Positions 19,386 to 29,144 of a stretch of DNA of 64,000 bases are shown piece after piece. The first letter of the stretch is position 1. Every line of letters begins with the position of its first letter. Source of the DNA: a virus (lineage: Duplodnaviria > Caudoviricetes); the IMG/VR virus record IMGVR_UViG_2930414654_000002, positions 96 to 64,095 of that record; one strand, 5' to 3'. Made by a program: the position numbers and the translations under genes. Under the pieces are notes generated by a model. That model did no database searches and was not told the origin of the DNA. It saw only the letters and a list, made by a program, of their open reading frames with translations.

Positions 19386-19804
19386 ACCCGGCCCCCGCCA
19401 GCAACCGGCGGGGGCCTCGCCGTGTCACCCCCGGCATGACACCCCTCGACCTGCCCGGCCACGTCCGCATCACCATCGAAGCCGGCGACCCGCAGATCGC
19501 CACCCGCGCCGCCTACCAGCTCGCCCACCTCACCGGCGGCAGCGGACCCAGCGAACCCGAGGCCACCAGCGACGGCACATACAGCGTGTGGATCTACGCG
19601 CGGCCGGAAGCGTGAACCCTCAACACGGCTTCACCAAAACTCCCACCAAACTCATGGAAGACACCTCAACACATGTGCCCACACCCCTGCGCCGACCTCT
19701 ACCTCCGCGCTAATGTCGTGTCACTGAGACGAGATATACGCAACCACGAACAGTCACGAGCAACGAGTGTCGAGTTACAGGATTTCTGAGCATGAGGGGC
19801 CGGC

Positions 19805-20125
19805 ATGAGCGAACAGCCGTGGACCATCGACACCATCGCCCACGCCCTGCCACACCCCGAGCTCCGTGCGACCTTCATGCGCGACGTCAACCTGACGCCA
19901 GTCGACCGACTCCCCGACGTCATCGCCCGATGGACACGCTTCGTCGAACAGTGGGAAGCCTCCAAGCTCGGACTCGATCAGATCCAGTCCTACATTCGGG
20001 ACCACGGCGAGCTCCCACCCGAGTACCGTGAGTCCCCCGAGGCCGAGGCCCACACCGACACGTTCCTAGAACAGCTCCGGGCCGACGCCGCAAACCGTCG
20101 GCAACATGGGAGCAACGCCGCGTGA
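19805..20125 (+). CDS. Putative antitoxin (DUF6247-like)
   Basis: WTIDTIAHALP..R..F..V....L..VIARW; overlaps a RelE-like gene. Confidence 0.55.
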   Translation: MSEQPWTIDTIAHALPHPELRATFMRDVNLTPVDRLPDVIARWTRFVEQWEASKLGLDQIQSYIRDHGELPPEYRESPEAEAHTDTFLEQLRADAANRRQHGSNAA

Positions 20126-20376
20126 CCTGGCGCGTGATCATTCCGACTGACATCCAGCAGCAGGTATGGGCACTCCCCGACGACGGACGCGACAGCGTGC
20201 TCAGCCTCATCGACGACCTACGGGCAGACCCCCACAACGCCACCCAGAAGCTCACCAGGTACGACGACGGCCCCGTCCACATGCGCACCGCCGCAAAGGA
20301 TCTGGTACTCGTCACCATCACCATCAACGACACCACCGGCGTCGTCACCTTCATGGAGCTCACCACCGCACACTGA
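20122..20376 (+). CDS. Putative RelE/ParE-fold toxin
   Basis: WRVII....QQVWALP...IDDLRADP...LVLVTI.D.TGVVT layout; 84 aa. Confidence 0.55.
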   Translation: MTWRVIIPTDIQQQVWALPDDGRDSVLSLIDDLRADPHNATQKLTRYDDGPVHMRTAAKDLVLVTITINDTTGVVTFMELTTAH

Positions 20377-20387
20377 CCCACACGAAA

Positions 20388-20416
20388 GCCCCCGGCCGCA
20401 ACCCGCGGCCGGGGGC
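20388..20416. terminator. Hairpin between convergent operons
   Basis: GCCCCCGGCCGC-AACCC-GCGGCCGGGGGC. Confidence 0.7.
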
Positions 20417-20455
20417 ATCGTCGTGTACGGGGTCAGGCGGTCAGCGGTAGCTGGG

Positions 20456-20929
20456 CTACTCCGCCTCGACCCAGTGCGCAGGACGGCTAGACACTCGCGT
20501 CTCACGGATGCAGATCCATTCAGCCCGACTGCGAGGCTTGCTGTTGTGCACGATGTTGTGTTGCGGCCGTTCTACCCTGATGGCGTGCGCCTCCACGGCT
20601 CGCGCTTCTGCTTGGCTGTCGCACCATTCGAGGCACAGGGTGGCGACCTCCGGCCACCATTTCTTGCTCTGTGCATGCTGTACCCAACGCTGCGGGGGCT
20701 TGGTGCTGATGCCGACATAGAGAAGCTGGTCATCACTGTCGCGGAGCCTGTACACCGCAGTACGGACGTCATCGCCCCGCGCTGCCGCCTCTTGCTTGGC
20801 GGCTTTCCTCCATGAGGTGTCCTCTTTGGGCTGTACGGCGTACCAGGTGTTTGGGTCATCCTCGATTTCAAAGGGGCCGAGGACAACGTAGTCGGTCATC
20901 TCCGAAGCGATGGGGTCGTCGATGCTCAT
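20456..20929 (-). CDS. GIY-YIG nuclease family protein
   Basis: AVYRL...LLYVGIS..P.QRWVQH...EAHAI...P.HN. Confidence 0.85.
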   Translation of the reverse strand: MSIDDPIASEMTDYVVLGPFEIEDDPNTWYAVQPKEDTSWRKAAKQEAAARGDDVRTAVYRLRDSDDQLLYVGISTKPPQRWVQHAQSKKWWPEVATLCLEWCDSQAEARAVEAHAIRVERPQHNIVHNSKPRSRAEWICIRETRVSSRPAHWVEAE

Positions 20930-22419
20930 CGTCCCTCCCCGTAGCTCCAGCGGCTCCCGGTGCCCCGATACTCAGATACCGGGATGGGCTCGACGCTCGG
21001 CCGCATGCGGGCCCGGTAGAGCATGCCGTGCAGGTGGTCGACTTCGTGGGCGACGAGCCGGGCCACGCCTCGCTCGAAGATCGTGATGCGCTTCTGGCCG
21101 TCGATGCCGGTGTGCTCGACGCTGACCGACAGGGGCCGGGGCACCATGCCACGCACGTCGAAAAAGCTCAGGCAGCCTTCGTACTGCTCGTCCGTCTCCT
21201 GCGACTCCTCGACGTACCGCGGATTCAGCAGCGTGATGCTCTCGCCGTCGGGGGTGCGGACGATGGCGGCAGCCCGGTCGATGCCGATCTGCGGGGCGGC
21301 GATGCCCATGCCCTTGCCGAAGTTGTGCACCGTGGATGCGCGCTCAGTCGCGGACACGAGCTCGGCGATGACGCGGCGGGCGTCCTCGGCCTCGTCAGGC
21401 AGGGTGAACTCGCGCGCCGTCTTCGTCAGGATCGGGTCGCCCTCCTGGACGATGCCGATCTCCTGCATGCGGTCGCTGGGCCTCACGGCGGTCACGTCCG
21501 TGGTGATCTCCTCCTCTGGTTGACTGCGGAACTTCCATTCGAGCCTGTAGCGGGCATGCAACGGCGGGTCCTCCGTCGACCACGAGAAGACGCGCCGGCC
21601 GTCCTCGTCGGTGCGACGGATCGCGGTACGGAACGGCATCGCCGTCGCTGTCATGGTGGTCTCGGTGCCCCACACGGTCGGGGCGAGATCGGCGGGGAAG
21701 TCCAGCCGGACGCTGAGCCGGCGGGTCGGGAGCCTCACGGCCCGCTGGAACCAGGATCCCCACTTGTCGTCGCCGACCGTGTAGCTGTACTCCAGCCACG
21801 CCGCCTCGCCCGGGTAGAGCGGGTAGCGGCCGTGCTCGTTCTCCAGCAGCAGCCACAGTTCCTTGAACGCGTCCCGGTCGTGCCGCACCGTCCACGTCAA
21901 CGGCTCACCGTCGATGCTGGCGCTGAGGTCGATCTCTCCCCAGGTCAGCGGGTTCTCCCGATAGTGCTGATTGGAGCGCTCCGGGTTGCCGGGGTAGCGG
22001 TCGACGGAGATGCGGATCAGGTACTGGGTGATCGGATCCGGGCTGTCGTTGTACAGGCGGCGGCGCTGCGTGGCCCGGTACGTCGACCCGTCGTAGAACA
22101 GGGCGGTGTCCTCGTGCTCGACGATGAGGCTCGCCTCGTGCGGTGCCCCGTGGTCCGGACCCGAATGCTGGGCGGGAACGGGCCGGCCCTGCGCTTCCAG
22201 CTCGCGGTAGGCGTGCACGATGGCACCACCAGCCCGGAGCACCGTGTCCGTCTGGCGGGCGAAGGACTCCGACGGTCGCTGGGTGCCGCCCTCGACCTTC
22301 GAGACGTAGGACGGCGTGTAGCCCACCGCCTGGGCGAGCTTCGACTGCGAGAAGCCTCGCACGTCCCGCCAGTACTTCAGCTCGGCGACGAAGTCGATGC
22401 CTTGCTGCCTTTCAGGCAT
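20926..22419 (-). CDS. XRE HTH - beta-rich domain - peptide deformylase fusion
   Basis: N-terminal HTH (SQSKLAQAVGYTPSYVSKVE); PDF motifs GMGIAAPQIG, EGCLS and HEVDH all intact. Confidence 0.9.
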   Translation of the reverse strand: MPERQQGIDFVAELKYWRDVRGFSQSKLAQAVGYTPSYVSKVEGGTQRPSESFARQTDTVLRAGGAIVHAYRELEAQGRPVPAQHSGPDHGAPHEASLIVEHEDTALFYDGSTYRATQRRRLYNDSPDPITQYLIRISVDRYPGNPERSNQHYRENPLTWGEIDLSASIDGEPLTWTVRHDRDAFKELWLLLENEHGRYPLYPGEAAWLEYSYTVGDDKWGSWFQRAVRLPTRRLSVRLDFPADLAPTVWGTETTMTATAMPFRTAIRRTDEDGRRVFSWSTEDPPLHARYRLEWKFRSQPEEEITTDVTAVRPSDRMQEIGIVQEGDPILTKTAREFTLPDEAEDARRVIAELVSATERASTVHNFGKGMGIAAPQIGIDRAAAIVRTPDGESITLLNPRYVEESQETDEQYEGCLSFFDVRGMVPRPLSVSVEHTGIDGQKRITIFERGVARLVAHEVDHLHGMLYRARMRPSVEPIPVSEYRGTGSRWSYGEGR

Positions 22420-22533
22420 GGGTCCCCCTGTGCCTGTGCGTGATCTATGAGTGAGTGCTGCTCACGGTGTCCTCATGTGTGCGCTCCGCGATTACCTCAA
22501 GGCATGACGGACGACGACATGAGCCAGTACGAA

Positions 22534-22806
22534 TCAGTCGGACGCCTGGGTGCTGCGCACGGTCTTACTGCGCAGCGGAGGGACGCCGGCCTGGATGCCG
22601 ATACGCCGGATGTGATTCCGATCGTAAGGACTGTGCGCCGCGATCTTCCCGGGGGCGGCGTTGCGCTCCATGAGGTGCTTGACGATCCCAGCTTGGAGAG
22701 CTTGGCGGGCCCGGTCGAAGGACTCTTCGGCCTCCCTGTAGGTGGCGGTCAGCTTGTCGAGCTCCGTCAGGGCTGCCGCTTCCCGCTCTCTCTCCTCGCT
22801 CGTCAT
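22534..22806 (-). CDS. Small HTH-like repressor divergent from the transfer operon (Kor-like position)
   Basis: MTSEERE...APGKIAAHSPYDRNHIRRIG. Confidence 0.6.
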   Translation of the reverse strand: MTSEEREREAAALTELDKLTATYREAEESFDRARQALQAGIVKHLMERNAAPGKIAAHSPYDRNHIRRIGIQAGVPPLRSKTVRSTQASD

Positions 22807-23003
22807 GACGGCATGTTGCCACACGTGGCAGCAGCCGTCCGGGTTCGGTCTCGGGAATCTTCCTCGAAGGACTTGCGCCTGCTTCGTCATGTTGCAACTA
22901 TAGGTGTCATCGCGGCGGAACAACAGGCCACGAAAAAAGCCCCGTCCGGTGCGCCAACACCGAACGGGGCGAGGAAGCCCCTTATCGCAGAAGGAGCAAC
23001 CCC

Positions 23004-23405
23004 ATGAGCAGCAGTGTAGCCACGTCCGCCCCCGCCAGCTCGGGGGACCACCCCCGCCAGGCCGTCGCCTACGTCCGCGGTCAGCGTGTGATCGTCGACT
23101 GTCCGGCGTGGTGCACCGTCGTGCATGCCGCCCGGGACGAGTACTTCCTGGAGGACGTCTCCCACTCGTCCGACTCCCTGTCGGTTTCGGCGCCGGTGGG
23201 CGTGAGCCGCCGGGAGGACGTTCTGGTCGGGCACATCGCCGAGTGGTCGTTCGCCGGCGAGTCCCGCCCGAGGTTCGCGTTCGACGCGACGGGCTCCGGC
23301 GAGTTCTCCGAGCTGTCCAAGCACCAGGCGCGCGCCGAGCTGGACCGGATCGCCGCCCACGTCGAGCACCTGCGCCGCGTCGTCGACGCCATGCCCAGCG
23401 CCTGA
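23004..23405 (+). CDS. Hypothetical protein (DUF6907-like)
   Basis: AAGGAG RBS; CPAWC...H...DVSH. Confidence 0.7.
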   Translation: MSSSVATSAPASSGDHPRQAVAYVRGQRVIVDCPAWCTVVHAARDEYFLEDVSHSSDSLSVSAPVGVSRREDVLVGHIAEWSFAGESRPRFAFDATGSGEFSELSKHQARAELDRIAAHVEHLRRVVDAMPSA

Positions 23406-23486
23406 TCTCACTCTCACCCCGTAGCGGCCCCGGCCGTGCGACCCAACCGCCGGCCGGGGCCTTGATCCCCCATGGAGGGACCCGCA

Positions 23487-23795
23487 ATGAATCCTGTCAC
23501 GACCCTGTCCTCGTCTCCCGTCTCCCTGTCCGACGGCGACGCCGCCACGGTTTCGGACCTGTCCGCCCACCGCCGGGCCGCCGTGTCGGTGGCGGACGCG
23601 AATGCGGCCTACCGTGCGGAGTTGGTGACGGACTACATCGCCGCGCGTCGGACGGGGGTGTGGTTCGACGAGCTGCGGCTGCTGGCGGAGGCCCGCCGCT
23701 ACGACGTGGCCAACCCGGACGACTCGGTGCCGCTGTTCGACGAGCTGCACGCCATCGAGCTGTTCGGCGCCCAGCCGGCGGGGGTGGCGGCGTGA
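23487..23795 (+). CDS. Hypothetical protein
   Basis: GGAGG RBS; ORF in the transfer operon. Confidence 0.6.
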   Translation: MNPVTTLSSSPVSLSDGDAATVSDLSAHRRAAVSVADANAAYRAELVTDYIAARRTGVWFDELRLLAEARRYDVANPDDSVPLFDELHAIELFGAQPAGVAA

Positions 23796-24037
23796 GTGCC
23801 TGGCCGGCGGGGCTGGTGGCCCGCTATCTGACGGTGGGTGGGGCGGCGGTGGATCTGTTCGGCCCCGACCCGGTCAACAACTTCGGCGGCCCGTGCGGCG
23901 GCTGCGGGCAGCAGGTGTCGAACCGTCGGTCGGACCCGGACAGCCCGCAGGCGGGTCTCGCGGACGCCCGCGGTGAGGCGCAGGCCCACGCCAAGCAGTG
24001 CCGCGCGGTGCCGCAGCCCGAGGCGGGTGGTCGGTGA
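23792..24037 (+). CDS. Small Zn-binding protein
   Basis: ARYLTVGGA.V...CGGCG...AQAHAKQCRAVP. Confidence 0.65.
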   Translation: MSAWPAGLVARYLTVGGAAVDLFGPDPVNNFGGPCGGCGQQVSNRRSDPDSPQAGLADARGEAQAHAKQCRAVPQPEAGGR

Positions 24038-24354
24038 TGCGGGCTGTTGTGGCGACGGTGGTCGTGTGGCTGCTGTCTCTGGCCGAGTTCTTCGTCTCGT
24101 GGGCTGTGGCTGCCGGTCTGGCGTCGTTCCTGTTCACGCAGGGTGTCGGGTTTTTGCCCGCGTTTCTGCTGGCGACGGGCGCCGGTGTGGTGGCCCTGTT
24201 CGTGGCTGACGAGTTCGTGTGGCCGGGCCGGTCGCGTCCGCTGGCGGATGTGGCGGCGGAGTGGGCTGACCGTGTCGCCGACTGGGGTGGCCTCGACTGG
24301 ATCGACGCCGACCCCTCCGAGCAGCAGCCTTCCCGGTCCGATTCGCGGGGCTGA
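24037..24354 (+). CDS. Small membrane protein (Spd-like)
   Basis: Two to three hydrophobic segments. Confidence 0.6.
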   Translation: MRAVVATVVVWLLSLAEFFVSWAVAAGLASFLFTQGVGFLPAFLLATGAGVVALFVADEFVWPGRSRPLADVAAEWADRVADWGGLDWIDADPSEQQPSRSDSRG

Positions 24355-24444
24355 CGGCTGCCCGATCCGCCCGGCACACCCCCAGTCGGGCGGTGAGGGG
24401 AGCCGGCCAGACCGGCCGGACCACCACTAGGGAGGGAAGACGAG

Positions 24445-24612
24445 ATGGCTTCTAACGAGCTGGCAGACCGCGTGGTGACGCTGATGGAGCGGCTGCAGCG
24501 GATGGGTCGTTCCGAGCAGGAGATCAGGGCCGCGGTCGAGGAGGAGCTGGCCCCGCACAGCCGGGGTGAGACCGCGGTCGCCCTGAAGGCCCTGGAGAAG
24601 AACAGCCGCTGA
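24445..24612 (+). CDS. Small hypothetical protein (55 aa)
   Basis: GGGAGG RBS; MASNELADRVVTLMERLQRMG... Confidence 0.55.
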   Translation: MASNELADRVVTLMERLQRMGRSEQEIRAAVEEELAPHSRGETAVALKALEKNSR

Positions 24613-24699
24613 CCGGCTGTCCGCGGGTGCCCGGCACGAGGTCCGGGCGCCCAAGGAGAACCGGCCAAGCACCCCACCCCTGAGTTTTGGAAGGACGTC

Positions 24700-24918
24700 A
24701 TGAACATCTCGATGTTGATCGCGGCGACGAGGGCGCGTCTCGCGCTGCTGATCGCGGGTCTGGCCTGGTTCGTCGGGCTGGACGCCCCCGCCCCGGTACG
24801 GCTCGCCATCGCCGGCCTCGTCGTCATGGCCCTCGTGTTCGACGGGGCCATCGACGAAGGCCGCATCCGCACCGATGCCGCCAGCAAGCACCAGAACCGA
24901 CCGCACTCAACTGTCTGA
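24700..24918 (+). CDS. Small two-TM protein (Spd-like)
   Basis: AAGGA RBS; hydrophobic. Confidence 0.6.
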   Translation: MNISMLIAATRARLALLIAGLAWFVGLDAPAPVRLAIAGLVVMALVFDGAIDEGRIRTDAASKHQNRPHSTV

Positions 24919-24936
24919 CCGGAAGGAGGCTGACCG

Positions 24937-26229
24937 ATGTCTACCGCTACCGAGCACGTCAACGGCTACGAGCGCCAAGCCGCCGATCCGGTGGAGCAGG
25001 CGAAGGCGGACGCGATCCGATCCAAGTCCTACGCCGAGTCCGAAGCCCTGCGCATCGAGGCCGAGGGCAAGGCCAAGGCCGCCGAGATCGTCGCCAAGGA
25101 GGAGGCGGAGAAGCAGCGCCTCGCCAACGAGCGGGCCCGGCTGAAGCTGGAGAAGGACCAGGCCGCGCACGACCGGCACATGGCCGAGCAGCAGCGCAAG
25201 GCCGCTGAGGAGCGGGCCGCGAAGGACAAGGCCGAGCGGCAGGAAGCCGAGGAGGCGCAGCAAGAGGCTGACCGTGCCGCGGAGCAGCAGCGCAGCGAGA
25301 GGTACTGGAAGTGGGGGGCCCGCGGAATCTACGCCGTCGGTCTGATCATCGCCGCGCCGGTGCAGTTCCTGCACTTCTGGGACCCCGAGAGGCCGTTCCT
25401 CATCGCCGCGCCCGGCCTGCTGGAGGGTTTCGCTCTGGTCCTCGCGTGCGGCGCCGCGTGGGCGGTGGCCCACAAGCGCGACGTGGCCCCGTACCGGGTG
25501 GGCATCATGCTCGGTGCGCTGATCGCCGCCGCCATCAACCTGTACGGCGGTATGGCCGACGCGCGGATCGGTTTCAACGCGGGCCTGATCGGCGCCATCG
25601 CCTCGCTGGGTGGGCCGATCGTGCTGATGGCCTACGAGCATGGCATCGCGCAGAAAGCCGACGGCATTCCCTCGTTCCGGGAGCGGCGCGCGACGGAGAA
25701 GGCGGAGAAGGCCGCCGCGAAGGATCGGGAGCGGGCGAAGGCCGAGAAACGCGCCGCCGAGGAGAAGTCTGCGGCGGAGCGGCTCGACCAGAAGCGGCGT
25801 GCAGAGGTCGAGCAGGAACGCCGCGACAGCGACCGTCAGCGTCGGCACCCGGACGTGTGGGAGGTAGCAGAGTCGCTGCGTTCGGCCCGCGGTGAGGCGG
25901 TCGTCACCGAAGCCATCTGGAGCGAGGCGTGGTACGTCGTCACCGGCTCGAAGAGGGTCGGCTACACCACCGAGATTGAGGCGACGGCGCGTGCTGCGCA
26001 GGCCCGAATGAAGACGGTCACGGAGATGCCGATAGAGGGCGAGTTCTCCCTGATCACTTCCCAAAAGGCTGCCCGCTCGAAGAAGGCTCCTGACGCGCCC
26101 GACGGGCGCCGCTTCAACGGCGGCACACCGCCTCGCCGGACCCCCGGGGACACGCAGCCGTACAGCGCTGGGGCGAAGAAGCAGGCGGCCATCGAGCAGG
26201 CCAAGCCGGCTGCCGCCGACGGTAAGTGA
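24937..26229 (+). CDS. SpdB/DUF2637-like coiled-coil multi-TM spread protein
   Basis: Coiled coil, about four TM helices, then a coiled coil; directly upstream of the FtsK-like gene. Confidence 0.65.
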   Translation: MSTATEHVNGYERQAADPVEQAKADAIRSKSYAESEALRIEAEGKAKAAEIVAKEEAEKQRLANERARLKLEKDQAAHDRHMAEQQRKAAEERAAKDKAERQEAEEAQQEADRAAEQQRSERYWKWGARGIYAVGLIIAAPVQFLHFWDPERPFLIAAPGLLEGFALVLACGAAWAVAHKRDVAPYRVGIMLGALIAAAINLYGGMADARIGFNAGLIGAIASLGGPIVLMAYEHGIAQKADGIPSFRERRATEKAEKAAAKDRERAKAEKRAAEEKSAAERLDQKRRAEVEQERRDSDRQRRHPDVWEVAESLRSARGEAVVTEAIWSEAWYVVTGSKRVGYTTEIEATARAAQARMKTVTEMPIEGEFSLITSQKAARSKKAPDAPDGRRFNGGTPPRRTPGDTQPYSAGAKKQAAIEQAKPAAADGK

Positions 26230-26243
26230 GAGGACCCGACGAG

Positions 26244-28367
26244 ATGAGTATCGACACCACTGTGCGGGTCCCCGCCGACGCCGCCGAGGCAGCCACCGAC
26301 CGGCCTCCGCTGGCCCTCGTGAAGGACACCCCGGCTCCGTTTGAGGGGACGGTGGTCGAGCATCAGGGGCAGTCGGTGCGGCCGGCGTGGATCGAGTCGG
26401 GTGCGGCGCTCGCCGCCCGCGCCCGGCAGCACGCCGCAGACAACCGCCTGTACGTCGGGTGGACGGTGCGTGGCTACCGGCAGCTCGGCCGCCGCTGGCT
26501 GGACGCCCGCCGCGACGACTACCCGCAGATGATCGCCTCCGCCAAGGCAGAGCTGAAGGCGGCGTCGGGGGATGTGTCGGCCGAGGACTCGGCCCGCCGC
26601 AGCCTCACCGAGCGCCGCGCCGCATACCGGCTCCACAAGCGCTGGCACTGGATCAAGACCGGCGGCTGGGGGACCGCGGGCGCTACTGGTCTCGCCACCG
26701 GCGTCGTCACCGGAGGACTCTGGGTCGACCTGGCCCTCACCATCGGCACCTTCGTCGTCGGTGCAGTGAACGGACGGCCGACCCCGCCCGCCCCCGAGCC
26801 CACCAGGGGCGAGGTCGGCCCGTCCCAGGCGCCGCGGGAAGCGAGCCAGCTCGGCGAGGAAACCATGCGCCGCGCCCTCGTCGAAGCGGGCATCGTCCCC
26901 GAACGGCGCGCCGACGAGATCACCGGCGTCGGCCTGCCCCGCACCGAAGGCCCCGGCACCGCCTACACCGCGGAACTCCCCGCCGGTATCCCCGCCACGG
27001 CCGCCCTGACCAAGGCCGAACAGCTCGCCTCCGCCCTCGGCGTCCATCGGGACTGGATGGACCTCGACGTCGACCGGGGCGAAGGCTCCAACGCCTCACG
27101 CCTGAAGATCTGGGTGTCCGACCAGAACCCCTTCGACGTCGTGCGCCCCTCGCCGCTCCTGCAGCACCGCGGGCCGACCGACACCTGGCACACCGGGATC
27201 CCCGTCTCGTTCGGCAAGCGCGGCAACCCGATCTCCTTCCACATTCGCGACACGTCTCTCCTCGTCGGAGGCGCCACCCGCCGCGGCAAAGGCATGTTCC
27301 TCGCCAACCTCCTCATCGGGGCAGCCAAGGACCCGTGGGTCAACATCCGCGTCTTCGACGGCAAGGGCACCGCCGAGCACAACCCGTTCGCTCCGCTGCT
27401 GGCAACGTTCGTCAAGCGCGACCCCGAGCGCCTCGCCGTGTTCCTCCGCGGCGTGCTCGACGACCTGGACCGGCGGTCCGACATCCTCGACCAGCACAAC
27501 CTCGAGAAGATCGACGATGAGCACTACGGCGAGCTGATGCGCCTCCTCGGCGGCATCGAGCTGCTCGTCATCGACGAACTCGCCACCTACACGCCCAAGG
27601 GCACCAGCAAGTGGGCCGACGAGATCACCGAGAACCTGGCGCAGATCGCCGCCGTCGCTGCCGCGCTCGGCATCATCCTCATCGACCTCACCCAGGTGCC
27701 CGAGGTGGATGTGGTCCGCGGCCGGCTTCGGCAGAACCACGTCGGCCGGGCCGCGGTGAAGACCGAGTCTGGTAGTGCCTCGAACACGATCCTCGGCGAC
27801 GGCATGACTGGGGAGGGGTACAACGCGGCCAGCATCCCCATCAACCAGCCCGGCCGGCACTGGCTGTCCACCCCGGAGACTGGCGTTGTAGATGCCCGCT
27901 CCTTCCTGGTGAAGCCGGAGGAGAAGCGTGTGGCCGCGGCCGAGGCGATCGAGCTGCGGCGTGAGGCGGGACGACTGCCGGGTCAGTGGCACGACCCGAT
28001 CGAGGCATACCTGATGCGAGAGACGGGCGTGTCGTCGGCTGCCGGCGGCGAGCGCGGCAACGGCCGCATCAGCCGGGTGACGGTGCTGGAGCGGCTGGAG
28101 ATGCTGGCGAAGGCGACCGGCCGCGGGTCGGTCACCAACGGAGAGGTGATCTCTGCGTTCGCTGTGCACGAGCCGTCGAAGTACGCCCGCCGCGACGGGG
28201 AGTCCGACCGGGCCTACGCGACCCGCGCCGGGAAGCTCGTCAAGGACGCGCTCGACGCGGCCGGTGTCGAGCTGGAGACCCGCCGAGTGCCGTCCCCGGA
28301 CGGCGGGGAGCGGTCGACGGGCTACACCCTCGACGACATCGTCCAGGCCGGTCAGAGCGCGAAATGA
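26244..28367 (+). CDS. traB: TraB-like FtsK/SpoIIIE DNA translocase
   Basis: N-terminal TM pair, Walker A LLVGGATRRGKG, VFDGKG, Walker B LLVIDE, LTQ.P, C-terminal wHTH-like tail. Confidence 0.85.
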   Translation: MSIDTTVRVPADAAEAATDRPPLALVKDTPAPFEGTVVEHQGQSVRPAWIESGAALAARARQHAADNRLYVGWTVRGYRQLGRRWLDARRDDYPQMIASAKAELKAASGDVSAEDSARRSLTERRAAYRLHKRWHWIKTGGWGTAGATGLATGVVTGGLWVDLALTIGTFVVGAVNGRPTPPAPEPTRGEVGPSQAPREASQLGEETMRRALVEAGIVPERRADEITGVGLPRTEGPGTAYTAELPAGIPATAALTKAEQLASALGVHRDWMDLDVDRGEGSNASRLKIWVSDQNPFDVVRPSPLLQHRGPTDTWHTGIPVSFGKRGNPISFHIRDTSLLVGGATRRGKGMFLANLLIGAAKDPWVNIRVFDGKGTAEHNPFAPLLATFVKRDPERLAVFLRGVLDDLDRRSDILDQHNLEKIDDEHYGELMRLLGGIELLVIDELATYTPKGTSKWADEITENLAQIAAVAAALGIILIDLTQVPEVDVVRGRLRQNHVGRAAVKTESGSASNTILGDGMTGEGYNAASIPINQPGRHWLSTPETGVVDARSFLVKPEEKRVAAAEAIELRREAGRLPGQWHDPIEAYLMRETGVSSAAGGERGNGRISRVTVLERLEMLAKATGRGSVTNGEVISAFAVHEPSKYARRDGESDRAYATRAGKLVKDALDAAGVELETRRVPSPDGGERSTGYTLDDIVQAGQSAK

Positions 28368-28530
28368 GGTCCGACAGAGGTACGTCGCCGACGGGATCGC
28401 CGCAGGTCGCAGGTCTGACACAGGTCCGACAGTCGCTGTCGGGAGCGCAGTCCTCGGACAGTCCGTGACGTACCTCTGACTGACCTCCCACCTGCACTTA
28501 TCCCCCCACTGTCGTACCTCTCGACGTACC
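28367..28530. repeat. clt-like repeat cluster downstream of traB
   Basis: AGGTC(C/T)GACA at 28367, 28411, 28422; 12-bp inverted pair CAGAGGTACGTC (28375) / GACGTACCTCTG (28467); further CGTACC copies at ~28513 and ~28525. Confidence 0.6.
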
Positions 28531-28583
28531 ACAATGCCCGAAAGATCCACATATGCACCATCTGCCGAACAGGAGACTCGATC

Positions 28584-29144
28584 ATGGGAATGTCCCGCGC
28601 GGACCGCCGCACATGGGCCGACGCCCGCACCGTCGCAGACCTCGGCCACCTCATGGCCCGCTGGCTGGAGGGCGACCTCAAATCGTGGCCCGGCAACGAA
28701 GCCGGCTACGGCCCCGACGAGGAAACCCGCCCGCTCGTGTCGCCTCTGGCTGCCGCCAACCGGGCCGGGTTCCTCACCACCTGCTCGCAGCCCGGGACGG
28801 ATGGCGCCGGCTACGACGGAGCCCGCTGGAGGCAGCGCGCCGCCGTCGAGGGGTTCGTCGCCGACCCGGACATGCTGCAGCGCGTGAGGCGCGCCGCCCA
28901 GCGGCACGGACTCCGGGCCACGACAGGCGGCCAGTGGACTGTCGTCACCGACCGCAACGGCGAGCCGATCACCGTGTTCGGTCAGCGTGTTGACGGTCGG
29001 GTCCTGCGCAGCATGTGGCACGGCATCCACCGAACCGCCTACCGGGCCGTCGGCGACGCCCAGCCCGTCGCCGTCGTCCACCCGGTGTGGGGGCCGTCCG
29101 GCACCGGACCGCTGCAGAAGTTCCTCGCCGAGGTGGCCCGATGA
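28584..29144 (+). CDS. Hypothetical protein (DUF6919-like)
   Basis: AGGAG RBS; LAAANRAGFLTTCSQPG...QRAAVEGF. Confidence 0.7.
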   Translation: MGMSRADRRTWADARTVADLGHLMARWLEGDLKSWPGNEAGYGPDEETRPLVSPLAAANRAGFLTTCSQPGTDGAGYDGARWRQRAAVEGFVADPDMLQRVRRAAQRHGLRATTGGQWTVVTDRNGEPITVFGQRVDGRVLRSMWHGIHRTAYRAVGDAQPVAVVHPVWGPSGTGPLQKFLAEVAR

